Shown: positions 59,739-64,000 of the stretch, one piece after another | Layout: each line of letters opens with the position of its first letter | Position numbering within the stretch: the first letter of the stretch is position 1 | Source of the DNA: Malacoraja senta | Taxonomy: Eukaryota | Assembly (NCBI GenBank): GCA_038087875.1 | Contig: CM075982.1 | Location: 36,766,001-36,830,000, forward strand | Length of the DNA: 64,000 nucleotides | Reading direction: 5' to 3' | The notes under the pieces: model-generated | Told to the model about the DNA's origin: nothing | Databases searched by the model: none | The model's input: only the letters and a program-made list of their open reading frames with translations | Made by a program: the position numbers and the translations under genes

Positions 59739-60939
59739 GTGCAGCTGCTTCAGACGAGTCGGAGCGAATGACGGGCCCCGCACAGCGGCAGCGAACAGCA
59801 GCTCCATCTCTTCCTCCCGCCCTGATAAGGGCCTCTGCTTGCAAACCCGCTAACAGCGATAACCGCTTTCAAAACAAATCCTCCCGCACGCCGAGGCCTC
59901 CCCCTCCATCCCTCAGAGTGCGGGAGGGTTTGTTTCGAAAGCGGTTATCGCCGTTACCGGGTTTGCAAGCAGAGGCCCTTATCAGGGCAGGCGGGGTGCG
60001 GGAGGAGGAGGAGATGGAGCCGCTGTCGCGGCCACTGCTGCCGCTGTGCGAAGCCCATCATTCGCTCCGACCCTTCCTCACCCCGCACCTAGTATCTTTG
60101 CCCCGCAATACAGCCATCACTGCCGACACAAAACATCGCGTTCCTTTTCTCCAGAGATGCTGCCTGACCCACAGAGTTACTCCAGTTTTTTGTGTCTCTC
60201 TTCGGTACAAACCAGTATTTGGTTGCCAAGCCGGGCAAAATGACTCGGTGTTTAGGTTGCCCGGCGGCGCTTTGAGTGGTCAGTGGCACCCGGGCAACCT
60301 CTAATTTCGACCCCTGTACATATGACCATGGGTTGAGAAGTGGGGCATCTTTGTTAACACATGAAAAAAATCAAATCCAAGCATTTATGACTAACTCCTA
60401 AATGATCAAACAACTATGATCAATAAGGAAAGTATATCCACATGCCAAAAATGACAACAGGAAATTTGACAGCAGAAAAAAAATGTGCAAACAAGTAAGC
60501 TTCAGTTTCACAGTGCTCCAAGTACACGACAGGTTGGTATTGTCTAATCCAATTTGAGGATTTTGACCACAGCAGGCAGCAATTCAACTGTGGAGAAATT
60601 CTTCATCATTTGAATTTAAGATACATAAAATATCTATTGCAACATAAGAAATGTTTCTCAAAATAGTCTTTCTTTGCTATTCCTGATTTTGGTTCCGAAC
60701 TACTGGAGTTTTAATCAGGGAAATATAGCTCCTCAAAAATACTGTGGCCACCATCAAACTATACAGTAGTTAGTAATGTATTTAAAAGTGAGTTTGATCC
60801 ATAGTTTTAATTTATTGATTTTTTCTTTGTTTTTTTATGTTATCTATGAGTATTATGTTTTCAAGCTTGTTATGCTGTTGCAAGTAAGAATTTCATTGTT
60901 CTGTTGTCGGTACGTATGACAATTAAAAACTCCCGACTC

Positions 60940-61520
60940 CTTTCAACTTTCCCCCTCACACCTTAAAGCTATGTCATCTAGTATTTGGCATTTCCACCAT
61001 TGTAAAAAGATTCTGATTTTCTCACCCTGCCCATGCCTCTCATGTTATAAACTTATACCACATCTCCCCTCAACATCTGGCACTCTACAGAAAACAATTC
61101 AAGTTTGACTGAAGATAAGACACAAAAAGCTGGAGTAACTCAGCAGGACAGACAGCATCTCTGGAGAGAAGGAATGGGTGACGTTTCGGGTTGAGACCCT
61201 TCTTCTGGTTAGGGATAAGGGAAACGAGAGATATAGACAGTGATGTGGAGAGCTAACGATCAACAAATGAAAGATATGCTGCCTGACCCGCTGAGTTACT
61301 CCAGCTTTTTGTGTCTATTTTCGGTTTAAACCAGCATCTGCAGTTCCTTCTTACACAATTCAAGTTTGACTTTCCCTTCCACATAGCTCGTACCCTCTAA
61401 TGCTGGTAGCATTCTGATAAACCTTCTGTATCCTATCCAAAGACTTCACATCCTTGCTGTAATGGGGCGACCAGAACTGCACACTATATTTTAAATGCAG
61501 TTTAACGAAAGATTTATAAA
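60940..61520 (-). mobile_element. CR1 3' fragment
   Basis: Reverse strand: gtgcagttctggtcgccccattacagcaaggatgtg. Confidence 0.8.
61111..61354. mobile_element. Penelope-derived fold-back element
   Basis: Inverted arms; 17-bp TSD acaattcaagtttgact at 61094-61110 and 61355-61371. Confidence 0.9.
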
Positions 61521-61899
61521 GCTACAGGTGGACAAAAATGCTGGAGAAACTCAGCGGGTGAGGCAGCATCTATAGAGTGAAGGAAATAGGCAACGTTTTG
61601 GGCCGAAACCCTTCTTCAGACCATCGCAACTCTGTTCTCTAATCACCAAACATCCAAGATAGCTTTGAGAAAACATCTCAACAGTAAAATGAGTGTGAAA
61701 GCAATGTTATCAAAGTAAAATGGCTGATAAATCAGTGCTCCCTGAAAGTGGCAACAAGTAGGTGGTACAGAAGGTGCACAGTAAGCTTGCCTTCATCAGT
61801 CGGGCAGCAGGTATGACTGTCAGTAAGTCACATTGCATTTTTAGGCCATATTGAGTATCGCGTGCAGTTCTTGTTCATTTCAGAAGACCTTTGATAAAG

Positions 61900-62270
61900 T
61901 GAAGGAGGGTCTGGGGGTGGTGGGGTAGAAGGGAGCGGCGTCCCGGAGAAAGAGCTGTCTCCAGGGGCTAAAACATGAGCCCCACCAACAGCCATGTCAT
62001 CTAAACAAGCGGTGGGCAAAGAAGGGCTCGCTAGTGTACTCTGTAAGTCGGGAGTGGGGTTGGAAGCCAGGGATGGGTTGGCAGGTCATTTCATTCACAT
62101 TCAGTTCGTTTTATATTAGTTTCTGACACTCCATGGTGCTTTAGAGACATGGGACGAGTGTCATTAGCAGGCCAATAGTATATTATTGTTTCATCATCAC
62201 GTGACCTGCTGGCCCAGAAAAATGGATAATCCAGAAAGGCTCGGGAACGACAGTGCTGAAAAAAATCATT
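61900..62270. mobile_element. Half copy of the Tigger-like fold-back family
   Basis: tcatcacgtgacct..ggataatccagaaaggc matches the reverse of 18690-18830; ggagtggggttggaagcc matches ~19313. Confidence 0.55.
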
Positions 62271-62903
62271 TATACCATGGATAAGCATTGGTAAACTTTG
62301 AGATTTGACATTTTTTTATTTTGTACTAGTTCAAAATTCAGGATTCAATTTAATTGTCACATGTACCAATTAATAGTTCTCTTAACTCTATAAAGTTCAG
62401 ACTTAATAAGTGTGTTTGGTATTCCAAAAAACGTAAGGAATCATGGGATTTGTCAAAGGTCATTCGCGAAAAAAAGCGAACGGGGTGCCAAGTAGTAGGA
62501 GAGCAGGGTGTAACAGCGAGAGGGCGCAAATGCGAGTGGGAGGCAGGGGGAGAGACTGGCCCAGCGGAGAGACGGTGAGAGGTGGGGGAGAGAGAAGGGG
62601 GCTTTGTGTTTTGCTCACAGATGTGTTTAGTTCAACATTCCGCGGGGAGTGCCGGAGTTTGCACGTTGGTTGCAGAGGCGGGCAATGTCCCCCAGTCCCT
62701 CCCTCCAGTTTGGGCCGGGGGATGGGGGCGGAGGGATTGTCCTAGCACCGGGGAGTTCTTGCGGAGACGGGGTGTCCGGGACCTGCAGTGAAGCCGCAAT
62801 AGCGAGTTCCTCTCTCCACGTCGCCTCTCCCCCTATCCCCCAGTCCGTATCTCCCCCACTCCTATCCCTCTATCTCCCCTCCTCCCCCACTCTCCCTCCT
62901 CAC

Positions 62904-63150
62904 CTCCCGAGGATCTCGATGTAAACCACCAGCGCCCCCTTCTCCACCACGTCGGCGATGAAGTTGTACTTCAGACGGGGGCTGTCGGGGGGGGGGGGGG
63001 GGGGGGGGGATGTGCCGAGCAGCCTGGAGCCGGGGGAGTGGGAGGGAGAGGCCGAGGCAGAGTCCTTGCCCCGGGTCCCGCTACTCCCCCTCCACCCAGG
63101 CCCGGAACAGCAATGCCGCCGCCCCAGACCCAGCCTCACCTTTACCCGCA
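62904..63150 (-). pseudogene. HTRA2: HTRA2 (Omi) exon 1 fragment, degenerate
   Basis: [29 protein letters not shown]|GTGAG vs human [28 protein letters not shown], same phase-2 intron position in the Arg codon; upstream [17 protein letters not shown]-like segment with frameshifts and a TAG; no downstream exons seen. Confidence 0.85.
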
Positions 63151-63166
63151 GACAAGCATCACTCTA

Positions 63167-63337
63167 TAGGAAGGAACTGCAGATGCTGGTTTACACCGAA
63201 AGGAGAAACAACGTGCTGGAGTAACTCAGCAGGACAGGCAACATCTTTGGAGAAAAGGAATAGGTGACTTTTCAGATCAGGACCCTTCTCCAGAGATGTT
63301 GCCTGACCCACTGAGTTACTGCAGCATTTTGTGTGTA
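63167..63337. mobile_element. Penelope-derived fold-back element inside the HTRA2 fragment region
   Basis: ggaactgcagatgctgg..ggagtaactcagc / ctgagttactgcagcattttgtgt. Confidence 0.8.
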
Positions 63338-64000
63338 TCCCCGTTGATGACAGGGGGTTAACCGACAGCCACTGGATAAGGCGAGAGGTGCCGCTGACGG
63401 TCCCCGGCCCGTCGGGGAACGGGTTCCTCGGGAGTTGGAGCAGAGTTGAGCTGGAGTTAGCGCTGGCTGTAAGTCCGTGTCCCGTCACCCCGGACATCTC
63501 CGGCCACCCCCGGACATGGATGGGACATTCGGGAGGGAACGGGAGTGAGATCACCCGTTTGCACTTGTTCTACATTATTTAACTCCAGTAGCAATTCAAC
63601 AGCGCTTGCAGCACCGGAAACCCAGGTTCAATCCTGACTACAGATGAAACGCAGGTCTGTATACACGCAGCAGCTCAGCTGTTTATCACAAATTATTTAT
63701 GACCTGGGCATGCGCAGTCGGAATACCAAACTCGCTTATTGCAATCCTTCCGATGTGAAAGAGAACAAATCTGGAACATTGTGGAACACAGTGGTCTTAG
63801 TAGCTTCACTTATTTTGTGATATAATGAACAAAGAGAGATGTGGATTGTTTTGTGATCATGGTTTTTGTGACCATTTCCCATTTAATCATTTTGGTATGT
63901 GCCACAGGGTAGTTAAAGCGATTTAGTGTAACTGCAAACATTACATTTCACACACCAAACAAGGCTAACACAATACCAACCAATTAGGTAACATCATTCC

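Larger units (their letters stand above)
58044..60316. mobile_element. Non-autonomous hAT-like element with 5-bp TSD (hAT5-like)
   Basis: CAGGG...CCCTG ends; subterminal gggcaacc/ggttgcc repeats; TSD tacat at 58039-58043 and 60317-60321. Confidence 0.75.
62327..63768. mobile_element. Candidate non-autonomous TIR element carrying a host gene fragment
   Basis: Left TAGTTCTCTT-N21-AATAAGTGTGTTTGGTATTCC (62374-62425); right, reverse strand, TTGTTCTCTT-N18-AATAAGCGAGTTTGGTATTCC (63720-63768); a short retroposon tail duplicated tagttc at the left tip (62327/62374). Confidence 0.55.

Noticed and set aside
62904-63150. Functional HTRA2 gene
   Set aside because: Frameshifts, an in-frame stop, a Penelope insertion upstream and no protease or PDZ exons found; treated as a pseudogene fragment, although the poly-G tract could hide a sequencing indel
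3513-63337. CRISPR-like or regular array interpretation of recurring palindromic repeats
   Set aside because: Copies are dispersed, variable in length, TSD-flanked retroelement termini in a vertebrate genome

Overview
Repeat-dense, essentially non-coding vertebrate DNA. The repeat content (HE1 V-SINEs, SacSINE1/DeuSINE-like remnants, CR1/HER1 LINEs, Rex1/Babar, Penelope-like elements) points to a cartilaginous fish, probably a skate or ray; this is an inference from recalled repeat families. I found no intact host protein-coding gene. The only host-derived coding sequence is a degenerate copy of HTRA2 exon 1 with its splice donor (~62904-63150, minus strand), inside a ~1.4 kb segment bounded by bipartite inverted termini, which makes it a candidate gene-capturing (Pack-type) DNA transposon. 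Other highlights: (i) many Penelope-derived fold-back insertions with 9-17 bp TSDs carrying a minimal hammerhead-ribozyme-like core (CTGAAGA-stem-GAAAC-GTH); (ii) a 28-bp TIR-only micro-element with a perfect 8-bp TSD; (iii) hAT-like elements with 5-bp and 6-bp TSDs; (iv) a teleost-like Tc1 transposon; (v) a THAP-domain transposon remnant; (vi) a Gypsy-like 3' end with a 142-bp LTR; (vii) a modular GC-rich non-autonomous retroposon family sharing its tail with Rex1; (viii) several repeat-free islands that may be conserved non-coding elements. There is a 200-N gap at 5829-6028. Repeat boundaries are read by eye and are approximate unless a TSD is quoted. Family names come from recalled consensus features, not from a database search.
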